The notes beneath the pieces are model-generated. The model searched no databases. It was not told where the DNA came from and was given only the letters and a program-made list of their open reading frames with translations. Shown here piece by piece: positions 1 to 14,281 of a DNA stretch of 64,000 bases. How positions within the stretch are numbered: the first letter of the stretch is position 1; each line of letters begins with the position of its first letter. The stretch lies in the NCBI RefSeq assembly GCF_947568905.1, contig NC_079166.1, positions 10,478,001 to 10,542,000 on the forward strand, written 5' to 3'. Origin of the DNA: Ostrea edulis (taxonomy: Eukaryota). The position numbers were made by a program, and so were the translations under genes.

Positions 1-1032
1 AGATAACTTGCTACAAAAAGCATTGTGACATCATTAACTCTTGACGTTTTTGTTAAAAAGTAATTTTAAAACTTATTGTTCTAGAGTGGAATTAAATTAT
101 AAGGAATTGATTCTATAGCAAATTAGGATCCTTGGTTATGTAACATAACTTGGTGTGCAGATTAAGATTTTTATAAAACAACTTCGCAGTTTACAAGTGC
201 ATTCTGCACAAACAAATGTAAATACCCGATACTCTGTTTTTAATTTGATATTATCCCTTTAACAAGGACGAGTCGCTATATTGAAGATATTAGTTATAAA
301 AAATTAATCTCATTGAATTAAAATTACCTGCTTAAATAGTTTAATTACACTAACACAATTTTCCCATCACCTTTTCTTAAAATCATGCCCCTTCAGCGTG
401 AGATATATCCTTTTTTCAATTAATGCCAGATACATAAAGATATATACAAAAAATTGGAAAGTACATTTATCTTTAGAACACATTTGTTTTTAATTCAAAT
501 GAAATCCGCAGTCATACGGCGAGTTGTCTCTGTTTTACTAAATGCATACCAATTCATCATTTCTGAGAGAAAATGCTATTTTTGCTACATTTTGACTTTA
601 AGTTTTGTTATTGTAAAGGTCTGTAATTATCATGTGAAGCACGTCCCTGGTGTTTCTGTGAAAGAAAGTTTGACACCTACGACACAGATTCTATACCATA
701 AGTTTCAATAAAACATTGTCTTGTCGTACTGGTTGATTTTCATTTGTCAGTTTTAAGAAGAAAAAAATCTTCGTTTGTCATTTTCATGTAGATTAAAGAA
801 TGTTCAAGAAGTGGATGATAATTTTCGAGCAATGAATGTCACTTATGTTTTTGTAATGGAATTGGAAGTGCATTATGATACAATCAAAGTACTGTGTGCA
901 GTCTTTAAATTCCTACCAGATATTAACATAATTTAGCAACCAAATGAGATATTATGAGCTATCAGAGAAGAGAACAATGATATCTTTGCTATGAAATGCA
1001 CGGTGAGTACGATGAAGACATGTGTATATTAA

Positions 1033-1578
1033 AGTAATTCCACCCTCCTGTGATGTCATCAGATTTTGCAATATCAATGATTTATGTAGATTTATGCATG
1101 GTACGAGCATAAATTTTGTTGGAGTCTTTTCCGATGGATATTGTAAAAAATCTTGTTAAAAATAAAATATTCAAAAATTCTAAGTTATAGGTACATAATC
1201 AATGATATGCTTCAAAATATTAGATCCAAGGGCAATAACTCTGTTTTTATTGATTTCTCTATCATGTCTATTATGTGATAGATATCCTTTATTTTTTAGA
1301 GACATTTGTATATTTTTGTGAAGATACAGTTTCATGAAATTGTTATGAATACTATTCTATCGTTTTAACCAGTTTCTATGAAGTTTTCATTATGCTGTTG
1401 AAGGAAAATTGCAATTTTCTGTAGGTGATATATGATTCTGTTTATGTATGTCTCGCATCTAAAAAAGTGTGATGACCTATATATTTTATTTGATAATTTA
1501 TTAGTTTTAACCCTAATATATATAAATAAATACGTTTTTTAAACTTGTATCAGATAAAACTGTGAGTATGGAGTTACC
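1033..1578. mobile_element. Non-autonomous DNA transposon, Kolobok-like, degenerate
   Basis: TTAA at 1029-1032 and 1579-1582. Imperfect TIRs AGTAATTCCACCCTC / GGTAACTCCATACTC (reverse complement of right end), 11/15 identical. A related internal sequence recurs at about 18100-18470. Confidence 0.5.
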
Positions 1579-1600
1579 TTAAGATGGATGTTTAGTTATA

Positions 1601-1700
1601 ACATCCAACCTCTGGTATGTCCAGGGGTCCTTGTTTTCCCTTCTCCTAATGCTGTCTTCTTTATATAATTATGAGATTGATCACTGTTCGTTATCTTCAT
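1601..1700 (+). mobile_element. 3' fragment of Penelope-like retroelement family
   Basis: Ends in the shared family terminus ...ATGAGATTGATCACTGTTCGTTATCTTCA, as in the longest copy (15330-15726). Confidence 0.6.
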
Positions 1701-3786
1701 TTGCTCCTAAACATGGTCTAGCTTCAAGAATTTAATGCATATTCTACCAATTAGTTCCTAATGCATAATTTGTGCATTATCAAACAAGATTCAAAGATAA
1801 ATGGATAACTAATCTATAGTAAAGTACTACAGTTTTTCAAGGTGTCATATTTTCGCGGTTTCCAGGGGACCTAATTGAATGGTTCAGGTGATGTTATTGT
1901 AGTTCAGTTTCTCTCGTTAGCATTTTTTACAGTGAATAATTAAACAGATATTACAGACTACTATTTCACACGTGTTTTGTCCCGTTTTCATTGTTTATTT
2001 TTCAGTTCATAGAATTGAAAACACATTTCATTATACAGCAATACATCTGAAAAATAGGAAAATTCAGTTTCATTGATCGGGTTTTCCATCTCGTTTTAAC
2101 AAACTTGATGAATGTTTTTTCATAGCATCATAGCTTTAAAATAATGCACAGCATATGAATCATCCGCAATCAAAGTAACACATATTACCAAGCACACCAT
2201 TAAACATTAACACCTTAAACATCTTGATATAATCAGCTTACTGTCAATATAATACTGTTTATAAAGAGAATTTCATTGTGACGTACACTTTCACATGCTA
2301 CTGACATCAGTTTTCAGTGAATCTGATTCGTCATTCATACATGTTGAGCAATGCCTTCGTCAGCTTGATGAAGATTGACGAGATGATGGGTTTGTACAGG
2401 GCAGATGAATGGTACAACTGTTTTATCGACTGGTGGTAGTTTCTGTCTCTGCTATGTATTTCTGATTTTCAAATTGTTTTTGCTGCCAAAAAAGAAACCA
2501 CGAACTGATTGATTAGCAATGTTCCGACCCTATAAAGGAACCTACTTATATTTCATCAATGAAACCATATATCACTAATGTATTGGTATCATGTTCAATG
2601 GCTTAATCATTGAAGCTGAAGTGATAAGAGACATTTACAATGATCATTTTTCGGTGAAAAAATCTCTAAATTAGACGTTGCAATTATTGATATGGGAACA
2701 AACTATCTTAAATGAATACACATTTGGTACAACGTTTTCTCAACTATAAACAAGGTTAATCATATCTCCATACATAATAACACATAATCAGGAAACATTT
2801 AAAATCATTTAAAGAAAATGTTGTTCATGATTTTGTGGTGTTCATTCATTTAAGTGTTTTGAAAATTGTCAAAATTGAGGTTATCGTAGGTACAATATAG
2901 TATATTGGATATTGTTCATAAATTTTGTAAATAAAGTCGGTCTTAAGATTTAAAACGAAGCTTGTGATTAAAGACATTCGAGGTCAAACAGACAAACTGC
3001 TCGTACATAATGAATGCGCTTATGTAGATGTATTTAAGACGAAATTAGCTTCAGAAGTCCAGAATAAAAAAAGTGATTCATATTCATTTTTCATATCTGC
3101 TCGAAATAAAGGATCTGTTGAAATTTGTTTCATGTACACATTCCAGAACAGCGTGCACATACGGTGCGCAATTCTAAACGAATATACAGCAAATTTAGCT
3201 GTTCTTCATTGCGTCTCCTGGAGAATGGTCCTAAAACTTACGTACCCTTCGTTGCGTAACCTGGCCTGAATTTCTTCAGATAAACTTAATTAAATCGAAA
3301 CTCGCACTTAAGTCTGAAATTGTACACAAATGTTGACTGCTCAAATAAATGAAAACTCAAACTTTTCGAGCAATAAGGACAAAGAGAAATGGTCTTCAGG
3401 AAGACCACTGTTGCTCATCAATTTCATTTCCCCCCATTATCCTCCCCATTTTTGATCATCAAAGTTAGTAACGCAGTTCTATTAGAGATATTCTCCTGAG
3501 GTTTTCTATGGATATTTGGTTACCTTAGATGTATTCAAGACCCTTAGGTGAATTAAACATGTAATACCGGTATGCTTATCCTTCAATTTTTCAAAACGCA
3601 CCCTACATGACTTTAAAAACATGAAGGAAGTTCAAACTTTAGAGATTGAATTTAGTTCCGTACGTATCATTACAAGGGCGGTATAAAATTCCCATTCCAT
3701 TCCGATAGCCATAAAATCGTTAATGACAAATTCATAGTCATTGGGTACCGTTAAAATTAATTAAAAAATTCCTTGTGAAGGAAATG

Positions 3787-3950
3787 NNNNNNNNNNNNNN
3801 NNNNNNNNNNNNNNNNNNNNNNNNNNNNNNNNNNNNNNNNNNNNNNNNNNNNNNNNNNNNNNNNNNNNNNNNNNNNNNNNNNNNNNNNNNNNNNNNNNNN
3901 NNNNNNNNNNNNNNNNNNNNNNNNNNNNNNNNNNNNNNNNNNNNNNNNNN
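3787..3950. other. Assembly gap (164 N)
   Basis: Run of N. Confidence 1.
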
Positions 3951-4446
3951 TCCAAAACTAGTATGCTCAAACCGATTATATAATTAACTTAGAAATTCCA
4001 ACGTAGGATATTCAATTTCCCCTTTATAAACTTAAATTTTGTATGATGTTTTATACAACTATGACCTAACATTATGATAATTATTTGCCAAATTCTGATT
4101 AAGAATGAATTAGATAACACATCGAATTAGACAATTGAAAGTAAGAGAAGAAATTAAACACACCATCAGTTAATGACGAGGGGTGAGAGCGGTGTGTCAC
4201 GGAGTAATTAGCAGTGAGGTTCCAAAAGATTGCAGGTATGAGAAAAATCGCATGCATTCATTAATAATGTAAAACATAAATTAGTATGTCGCGGTAAACA
4301 TTACTAACTTAGCAACTAGAGAGCACGACACTTTCAGAAACTGCCCAGGAAATGCTTTTAATGAAGTCATCTTTCTTATTCAAACAGAATGTTAATGCAG
4401 TGCCAAGATAAATGACCGGATTTCGTTCAGTAGAAAAGGACGACAC

Positions 4447-4660
4447 ATGCTGTCTGTTGGATTAGCTACAAAGTGTTATGATTCTCTTCAACAAATAAGT
4501 TTGTTTTATCTCATTATAATATACGAGGACATAGTTTTATACGCAACGGCGACAGTGTTGGAAAATTAACGATCGTTGGAACACGACGCTATAGGACCGT
4601 GATACATGATGGTGGAGAGGCGCCGAGGTTTGTTACCATACACCTGATTGTCGACAACAG
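4447..4660 (+). other. Probable upstream exon of the Kazal/His-rich gene; coding status uncertain
   Basis: Strong donor CAACAG|GTAAG at 4660/4661. One frame reads GHSFIRNGDSVGKLTIVGTRRYRTVIHDGGEAPRFVTIHLIVDN but has no in-frame ATG. Confidence 0.4.
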
Positions 4661-6029
4661 GTAAGTTATCAAAACTTTTGTAAGCATGGTCAAGGATTAA
4701 TACTAGACGTTAATAGAACAAAGAGAGCAATGTTCTATACGTATTAATTTAACATAAGTGTGCCCTACGATGGTTCATTAGAATACGTTAAAACTGTTAC
4801 TCGGTACCTCTAAATAGTACAACATCAAGAAAACTTTAACATCTCGAAAAATCTAACAATTTTTAATATTAGTAAACAACTATGTATACAAGATGATGTT
4901 GAAGAAAACTTAAACATCTCGAAAAACCTGGCAATTTTTATATTACTAAACAACAATGTATACAAGATGATGTTGAAACATAATACAGATAGTGACTGTA
5001 AAACTATGTCTTATTCTACATGACGATTGTTTATAACAGTGACATACCCATGGTATTAGCTGTATAAAATTTAATTGCTGTGTATACACGCAAGGTCTTT
5101 CTTTGTGGTATGGACAATTCCTTATTATTATTTTAGAATATCTACATATTGTTACAAACTCATTGACATTTATTTTTTGTACGTTTGAATATTTGCACAG
5201 TTTACACTTGTATTGATGCATTGCTTAATCTCTGTTGCAGAGGAAATAAAGAATGTATGTCTGTTTATTAATTGTTGATAAGTAGCGGTTAACGTCATTG
5301 CAATGTTAGAATATATATTTATCAAAAGTATAAAAAGATACTTTTAATGTACAGTGTATATGTAGCTACTGAATTCACGGAAAATACAATTAAAAACAAT
5401 TCAGTAAAACTCCTGCTGATTGCTTTTTTGTGTTTTTTTTTAAAAAGAAAATTGGTATTTACATATCAGAGGGGGTAGAAGTTGTAAATTAAACTTTAAT
5501 ACGTAGGAAATCTCTAAAATCTCTAAAGTCTTTCTCTAATGTTTGTCTTCAAACTTAATTATCAAATTCACTTCCCTTTGAAGTCAATTTGTGCTATCTT
5601 AGAGATCACACGTTTTCCGTTGATTTGTTTCTAAAAATGAGGACTCAAAGCCTGGTCTCAGATAAAATTGTAATTGTAAGTCAAACAGAAGAAGCTTATA
5701 ACGAAATACAATCAATCATGTCTATACATCTATTTATCTATCTAGATGTATCTATCTAGCAGTCTATCCATCTCTCTCTAATATCTATCTAATATTGCTT
5801 TATCAAAATGTGAAGTGAAAATAATGAATTTACATACAATGATGTACATCACAATTCAAATGATTGTGTGATCTACAATCTCACATCAACAGATTGTCAC
5901 ACAATTCATCTAATTGTCATAAATTCAACATAAAGAGTTTGATTATAAATATTCAGTAACTACAATCCTAACGATATAGAATTGGACAGAAACAGTCGTC
6001 AGCATTGATCATTTTGTTTGTCATTGCAG

Positions 6030-9000
6030 TGTTGACGATGAACCACGCTTTGAACTTCCTCACCTTATTTTCCTCTCTCAATGGACCACTTCCATTCCCT
6101 GGGCACAGAGTACCAGGACTAAGACCTATTCACCCGATGCCAATGACTCCAGCATTGTCTGCAGGTGTGTCTTTCAATGAAATTGAAAATATTTTAGATA
6201 GAAGGAAAGGCAGCCTAACTATCCCTCATTCCATTCAGAGCCATCTCTTCGAACATCAACTTGGTCTTAGTTTTCCACCTCCGAATCCACAACCACCATC
6301 GTCAGCCCCCGGAGTTCCACTCACTAACATCATAAACATTCTAAACAGAATGAGAGCTGGCAATAATCATCCTCGTTTTCACCCTGAATCGTCAGATAAT
6401 CACCAACATCATAGCCATCCTCATCACAGTTCTGAATCTCCCAATTTTCCTATGGATGTCCACCTCCATCAAAGTTTTGAACCACCACATATTCCCTCAG
6501 ATCATACCCAGTCTCATCAAAATTCTGAATCTCACAATATTCTTCCGGAACATGCTCATCGTCATCAAAGTTCTGAATCGCTTGATATTCTCTCTGAAAA
6601 ATTCCAATCTCATCGAAGTTCTGAATCTCTTAACATTTCCACAGAGAAAAATCGTACCCTTCTAAGTTCTGCGTCTTCGAGTATTCTTTCGAAACAGAGT
6701 AACTCCAGCTCAAATCAGGAACCGTCGAATTTTCATCCAAAGAATAATCATTCTCACCTCAAATCTGAAACACTGAATACTCGTGGAGAACATGATCATC
6801 CTCACAGAAAATCTAAACCTGTGAATTTAGAAACTACAAATCGACAAACAAAACATATTCGTAAGAATGAAGGAAAAGGTACCATTGATCATGGAAGTAA
6901 AGCATTAATTGAACGCTTTAAAGACCCCATCGGATTCCATGAATTATTGGAGGACTTTGACGTACATATATCCCATGTTCCCAAACCTAATGGAGATGAT
7001 CATGCTGATATTACAAATATGACAAGAACCTTGAATACCTCAGAGGAGCTTGAAACAGCAGATACAGCAGACAGTGATGATTTTCCTACACTACTAAATG
7101 GTAAGAAGTAAATCAAGTAAAATATCTTTGGGAATTAAAACAATTTTGGGGGATTTGCCAAATGTTCAAATGATGTATATAATCATATATGTATTTGATG
7201 CCGATGCTTCGTTTTGTCATTTTGTTTGATTTACAAATGAAACGAGAAACCTATTATATGTCTTGGATGCAAGGTGAAGATAATGAACAGTGATCAATCT
7301 CATAACTCCTACAAGCAATACAAAATAGATAGTTGGGCAAACACGGACCCCTGGACACACCAGAGGTGGGATCAGGTGCCTAGGAGGAGTTTTATATTCT
7401 CAAGACACAAAATGGAAAATATTGTTAAATAAAATTATCTCCTTAAGTACACGGATTAAAACAGGGTCTGATTTATGAGATTGATCACTGTTCGTTATCT
7501 TCAGTTTTCATGTATAACCAATTCGCTGGACAGATTTTTCCAGCTTGAAAGAGTTTGAAAATAATGCTATTTTAAAGTGTCTTAGAAATAAATAAGTGGA
7601 TATTAGTTACTGTAGCTTCAATATCATACTTATATAAAAATAACATAAACATACATGTTTTTATGTTTACGTGTTATGTACATACACATGAATGTAAATT
7701 ATGTAAGAACAGGTGAGTTGAATTACGATAATGTCTTCAAACAAACCTTTGTTTTTCTTGAGCAACACAAATTTGACCACATAAAAATAAGGATTCTATA
7801 GTAATGTAATTATGTGATGAAATTTTCCAGAAAGTTCATTTTTGATTCCTAAATATAAGATACGCCTATAGTTTAAGTAAGATTGCCAAAAATAAAATTC
7901 AAAATACATTCAAAATACATTATCAGCCTTCTGGTTATGAACAATAATCACACCCATGAATTAAACGTTACACCTATGTAAAATTGACTTTTTATGCCGC
8001 GTTCATGCATCCTATTTATAACTATAACCCATTATCAATCATTAAACTGTCAATAGTGTGTAAACTCCCATATCTATTCTTAAGTGTCAATATCATGTCG
8101 TGTCAATTATGTTGCTTCAAAAAGAAATCGAATGGTTGCTAATGACTTGATTGGGTGTCTATTTTGACTGCTATAAAATACTAACGGATAGATGTGACTT
8201 TCCTAACAACAGTTACTGTATAGAAAACTAGAGTTTATATAGTAAATCAAAATATCCAGGTTTATAATACCATAGACAAAGTCTTGTTTAAAAGAAGATT
8301 TCACGCTGTTAAATGAATTATAAAAGACAGAACAAAACATATTTAAAATGTCCAAATGATTCTCAGTAGCACAAAGTTTATAAAAGAAAACTACATGTAT
8401 AATCAATGATAGAAACGTATCACACCTTTTTTTTGTTGTTGTTGCTTAAATGTTACTTTCAGTTATTTGATTATTTTTTAGCATACATTCCTTCATTGAT
8501 CCAACGGGATAGTCGTATACAACACAATTAAGATGTAAATTTTCAGTTATCTATTAAATTTGGCCCCGACGATATGAGTAATTGTATGGTATCATAACAC
8601 AGCGACCTTTATAGTTTCTGGTTCATTTTCGTCAGATAAGTAGTTAAATCTTACTTCAAACAATAAAAATGGAGACAGAAAAAACGAGGACATTTGCATT
8701 TATAACATGTGACCTTTACATGATCAGGGTTGTTCTATTAATATCTCTTCTTCATTATATTAATGTACATCGGGGTCACCTTGTTCAATAGTTTTTTGTT
8801 AAAGAAAATGAATTATCATCACAATAGTGGAACTCAAATTTGAACTTCGGTTAGAGTTTACATAAAGAAAAAGTGAAGATAACAAACAGCAATTCTACAA
8901 AGAATACAAAATTAAGAGTAGGGCGAACCCGAACCACTGAACATACCAGAGGTGATATCAGGTGCTTCATAGTCGTAAGCATCCCCTGTCGACCGGTCAC

Positions 9001-12000
9001 ACCCGCCTTGAGTCCTATTTCAATTAACAAGATATATGTTAAGAATATGCCATTTATTCGAGACTTAACAATTTTTGGTGAAACTTTAGGTACAGTATCT
9101 GATTAGCTTTAGGATTATTAGTCTATGATAATTTGCTTTTATTCATTTATGAAAGATTACTACACATATGACCATTATGAGAAAATAGAACCTGTTTTAA
9201 ATCTCGTTACTCTTCTGATGACGTGTATGTATGACATTTATTGTTTCAACAACGGTTGGGGAAAACGTTCCCGACGTAACGATGAATATTTCTCAATGAC
9301 ATTTTATAAATTCGTCGTTACTTCTCAATTTACATACTATTAATATGTTTTCATTATTGTCAAGATAAGGCCTTCGTTTGAACAATGGTAAAATGAGTTG
9401 AATGATTTTGATGCCATTGATACATGAATACAATTGTTCAATAAAGAATATATATTTTAATTCTCAATAGAGTAAGGGAACTTGAATCAGGATCAATGAT
9501 GTTTTATGATTTATTAATTGGAACTTATTTACAAATCATGATCCCCCATTAATTGTATCCCTTGTAACTATGACATTCATAAGGAATAGAAATAGGACTG
9601 TTCCATGTATATCAATTTTGCTTTGACTTTGATTTCAAGAAATGTGTGATGACGATTTGTAGTATTGAATTTTACAGCTTCATTGGAGTGTGATAAACCG
9701 TGCCCTGAACCTATCGAATGTTCTTTTGGTTTGCTACAAGAGACCTGTCCTAGATGTGAATGTGCTCCGGACCCCTGTGTCGTAAGTGTCGTGTTCATTT
9801 ACAATCTAAATACATCATATTGTCCAATGAAATCAGGTTTTGATTACTGCATTTTTATATAATGTTAAACAATGGAAAGTGTTTTAGTGACGTGTTCACA
9901 TCTTGATTTTCCCTATTGCGTTTATTATACAATATCGTATCGTAATCGTAGATTAGTAAGATTTCAAACACTTGTAATGAATCCCGCAATTAAAAATCAC
10001 ATATAAGTACAGACATCAATATAGCGAACATTGATAACATTAATGTGATTTATGGTCCAATAAAGGTCTAATTTACATGTGCTGAAAACACTCTTGAGTA
10101 AATAATGATACATATTAATGACTAATGACAAAATAAAAACTCGATTCATTGAATTAATGAACAGATGTATGGGGATTCGTGTACACACGCACTTTTGTCT
10201 TAGAATTTGTCTTCGACTGTTGCATGTATTTCAATGTTTAAAGTATTTTGTACTTGATATCGCAAAAGTTTCCTCAATTCAACTTTTCAAATGACATACA
10301 TTCTTGAAAAATAGGTTATTTAAGGACTAACATGAATAATGGAAACGTGAATGTTAATGTGAGTGTAAAAGAGTAACAGGGCTGTGAACTTAGGCCTTAA
10401 ACAAACAGTGAAAAATGAAGAATAAATTACCCGTCCCAAGAACTTGTTTCGGTTGTTACATTCTTTGAAATATCGTTTAGCTAAAGCCAATGTGACATAT
10501 CTGTTCACTTCTACAGAGTGTGAGATGTCAGCTAAAGCCAATGTGACATATCTGTTCACTTCTACAGAGTGTGAGATGTCAGCTAAAGCCAATGTGACAT
10601 ATCTGTTCACTTCTACAGAGTGTGAGATGTCAGCTAAAGCCAATGTGACATATCTGTTCACTTCTACAGAGTATGTGGCTTATCTGTTCACTTCTACTGC
10701 GTATGAGATGCTATCACAAAAATGAGGAATTGTTTTATATAAATTGCAAAACACATAAAATTGAAGGAATTGTTTGGGGGATCTATGTACATCTGTGTGT
10801 CAGTTGTAATGAGATAAAGGAAATTGTCATTTTCAAATCATCGAAGAACTAGCATACGTTGAAGAAATTTCAAGAATTACGGAAAATTATTCATAATCAT
10901 GACGTCACCGTTAAAATACTATGGCTACAAAGTGTAAAATATCTACAAAGCTGGTGTGTCCAGGGGTCCGTGTTTGCCCAACTATCTATTTTGTATTGCT
11001 TATAGGAGTTATGAGATTGATCACTGTTCGTTATCTTCACCTTGCATTCTACACATAACATTTATTTTTATTGTAAATTTGCTCGATTCTACCAACTTAC
11101 CATTCTTACTAATTATCACACTTATGTCTTTGTGTATATGTAGTTATGCTTCACTGTATATAAGCATACTGCATACAGAAATGAAGGTGTAAAAAAAAAA
11201 GCAATATATACACATGGAACCGCTCAGTGAAGAGCAATATATACACATGGAACCGCTCAGTGAAGAGCAATATATACACATGGAACCGCTCAGTGAAGAG
11301 CAATATATACACATGGAACCGCTCAGTGGAGAGCATTGGGGGTGGGGGTGGGGGTAGATTGTAGTAATTGTTTCTTACATTTTCACAAAACAACTTCTGA
11401 GAAAAATCAGGTGGTTTTTTTTTTACTTATGGTAACTTGTTCTACACAATACGAAATGAGCAGCGTAGTGATAACACGATAGAATTTGGAAACACAGTGT
11501 CTATCCCCCACCTCTTTACTGTGAGTGTATAATATGACATTGACCTGCATGTTAATGGCGATTTATCAGTAACCATATCTAATCTAATTAAGTACTCATA
11601 GCAAAGTTCGTGAAAAAATAATGCCCCACGAATTTCAGAGGAATTCGACATAATGAAACGAATTTGATATTATCGCAAATACATACATGTTGTAATTGTT
11701 TCTCTCTTATCTGAATCATTTCATTAATATATATAATATCCAAACATCGGGTACAATTATACAATACGTTTTAAAAAACTAATTCAATAGCCATATGTAA
11801 ATAAGTGTTAACAGTCTACATTAGTTCGATGTCCTGAGGTATCAATTAACGTACCCATGAAAAGGCACAGATAGGGAACACTTCGGTCAATTGTAAGAAA
11901 ATAGTCCGTTCTAAAAGTACTCTATATGCACTGTAGCATTATACAGTTGAGAGTTATCTAAGCAGAACTGTTAGTTACAGGATTCAAAAACGTAACAATG

Positions 12001-13561
12001 GCTGTTTTTTTTATGTTTTAGGACAACCCATGCTCTTCGGCGGAAGAATGCATTCGTATTTCCAATGACGAGTGCGTCGATCAAAACAGCACCACATGTC
12101 CCCATTTATATATCTGTCAAGGTGATTAGAAGTTATTGTCTGTACAAATGTTTATATATATCTGGATAATACTACATTAACGTATGCAGTTCATCATAAT
12201 AAATGTTGCTGTATTTCAAATTAGATCTTAAATTCCCTTTCAGACCTTGGTTGTGATTGTCCTGCTACTTGGGATCCTGTTTGTGGCACTAATGAAGAAT
12301 TGTCTGTAACAACATACATCAACAACTGCACCTTGAATTGTCACGAGTATGTCTTACCGTTTCCTCAAAATTCTTCTCTTCCTTATTTCAGCAGATTTAT
12401 AACGGAGGTTTGATTTATCTGTTCAATAACGGATAAGAAAATGTATTTCATACAAAGCAATTAGTATTGAGGGGGGGGGGGATTCGCAATATCCCGTCGT
12501 TATTACGAGAAAAGATCTCGAAATTTCAAGAGAATTAACTCGAAATGTTTCTCGTAATTTTGAAATATTTCCTCGTTGTACAAGTAAATTCTCTCCTTTA
12601 CACTACACAGTTTTCGTAGAAAAACGACATGCACTTGGACTAATTCATGTACTAAATTTTCAGAGGAATGGAAAAGGTTTATGATGGAGAATGTTGGCCG
12701 TTAAATATTCCAAGATTTTATTTCAACCAAAATGATACAGACGATGGAGATGAAGAAAACAAAACATTAATTGCTGATACAGTGGACACAGACGATATTA
12801 TTTTTGAAATAGTGAACGAGACAGATCTATCAAGACGTCCAACATTATCTCCATCTTTGAATATGTATGATGACAATGACACAACAACAACAACAACAAC
12901 AACAACTACTACTACTACTACAACCACCACTACCACCGCCGCCGCCTCAACAACATATACAACCACAGCAGCAATGCCAACAGGAATTACAACTAAGAAA
13001 AACACCATGCCACCTTCTACCGTTATTCCAAACATTAAATCTAATACCACAAAAGAAAACGCAATGGAAACTACAACACAAAATGATATTTTGTTTGCAA
13101 AACAAATTATTCAGGACTTTGAGAGCATGCTAAATTTCTCAGCTTTAAACTCTTTAGAGAAAGGTTACGGCAAAAATCGAAGCACAGAAAGTGTGAAACA
13201 CAATTCACCTGTGGGGAAGATTAAAGAAATCACGGAGTTTAAGAATAGACTTTTCCTCCTAGAAAACGACATCCCAAGAATTCCGAAGGAGTTTCTGCAT
13301 GTTGTGCATAATACAAGATTTACGAGAAAACCAAAGAAAGCATCTAAAATCAGGTCTCACGTGAAACAGAATTACGACAAACTCAGAGTGGGTCAAATGA
13401 CCACTAAACCGTCAAATAAAATTGAAAAGGTGAATACGTTAAATCCTGCTGATGATCTCATGTTCGAATCAGATGACGATTTTACTGGGCAAGACTTGCC
13501 TAAGTTATTTGATATTTTGAATGGATATCACTTTAATAACAAAACGTGGTCTGGGCAGTGA
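6030..13561 (+). CDS. Multi-exon secreted-type protein: His/Pro/Ser-rich repeats, Cys-rich (antistasin/FOLN-like) modules, Kazal protease-inhibitor domain, Thr-rich mucin-like tail
   Basis: Exons 6030-7100, 9678-9781, 12022-12121, 12244-12346, 12664-13561; all GT-AG with matching phases (1,0,1,2). Spliced Kazal: CDCPATWDPVCGTNEELSVTTYINNCTLNCHEGMEKVYDGEC. Cys modules: CDKPCPEPIECSFGLLQETCPRCECAPDPCV and DNPCSSAEECIRISNDECVDQNSTTCPHLYIC. The start codon is uncertain. Confidence 0.85.
7269..7503. mobile_element. Two Penelope-like 3' fragments in inverted orientation (7269-7390 minus, 7473-7503 plus)
   Basis: GGTGAAGATAATGAACAGTGATCAATCTCATAACTCC...GGAGGAGT, followed about 80 bp later by the reverse-complement terminus. 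Confidence 0.6.
8873..9020 (-). mobile_element. Penelope-like 3' fragment, diverged
   Basis: GTGAAGATAACAAACAG...ACATACCAGAGGTGATATCAGGTGC...GTAAGCATCCCCTGTCGACCGGTCACACCCGCC matches the family. Confidence 0.6.
10480..10712. repeat. 51-bp minisatellite, about 4 copies, intronic
   Basis: Unit GCTAAAGCCAATGTGACATATCTGTTCACTTCTACAGAGTGTGAGATGTCA, head-to-tail. Confidence 0.95.
10953..11046 (+). mobile_element. Penelope-like 3' fragment
   Basis: GGTGTGTCCAGGGGTCCGTGTTTGCCCAAC...GATCACTGTTCGTTATCTTCACCTTGC. Confidence 0.65.
11201..11335. repeat. 33-bp minisatellite, 4 copies
   Basis: Unit GCAATATATACACATGGAACCGCTCAGTGAAGA. Confidence 0.95.
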
Positions 13562-14019
13562 AAAAATCCATGCTCAATGATTGTGTAGAACGAACCTTAC
13601 ACTGACGAACTACTTCCCCCAGATTCATCCGCACGAAGAAAGCCTACCTATCTAATATACTCAAACTGTTGTCATCAGTATCGGAGAATATGACGTAACG
13701 TATATACAGAGACTTTCCTTTTGATACACGTGTGCTATGACGTAGTTTGTTTGGTTCCTTTTCTTCTACATGATATTCCTCGGGATACCTGAGGGGGCGG
13801 GGGGCAATGGAAACAATTTTATATTGTAATTAAAATTGTCTTTGTCACAAAAACAGGTGCACCAAATTGATATCTCAAGGAGCTAGTTACCAAAGTCTCA
13901 TCAATCTTCATTTCCCATTAAAAATTTATTTAGTAATGCTATATAATTGTAAAGTCATGCATACTACTGTGTTTTTATACATCTTTGTACATTGCCAATT
14001 TCATCATAATTCTAAAAGT

Positions 14020-14281
14020 CACACACTTTATCCGTATCCAAGACATGTATCACATCCTATTGCCGTTCTTGGCACACTGGTTTTGGCTACAGATGGCTCC
14101 GTTTGCCTGATCGGGATATAGGGCTCACGGCGGATTTGACCGGTCGACAGGGGATGCTTACTCCACCTATAGGCACCTGACCCCACCTCTGGTATATCCA
14201 GGGGTCTATGTGTGCCCAACTCTCTATTTTGTATCGCTTATAGGAGTTGTGAGATTGATCACTGTTCGTTATCTTCACCTT
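14020..14281 (+). mobile_element. Penelope-like 3' fragment
   Basis: GATATAGGGCTCACGGCGG...GACAGGGGATGCTTACTCC...GATCACTGTTCGTTATCTTCACC. Confidence 0.65.

Noticed and set aside
2340-3270. Possible exons or the 101-aa ORF near the window start
   Set aside because: No recognisable domain and no phase-consistent exon chain on either strand.
12718-13133. Poly-Val and poly-Gln ORFs
   Set aside because: Antisense and alternative frames of the poly-Thr codon run in the Kazal gene.
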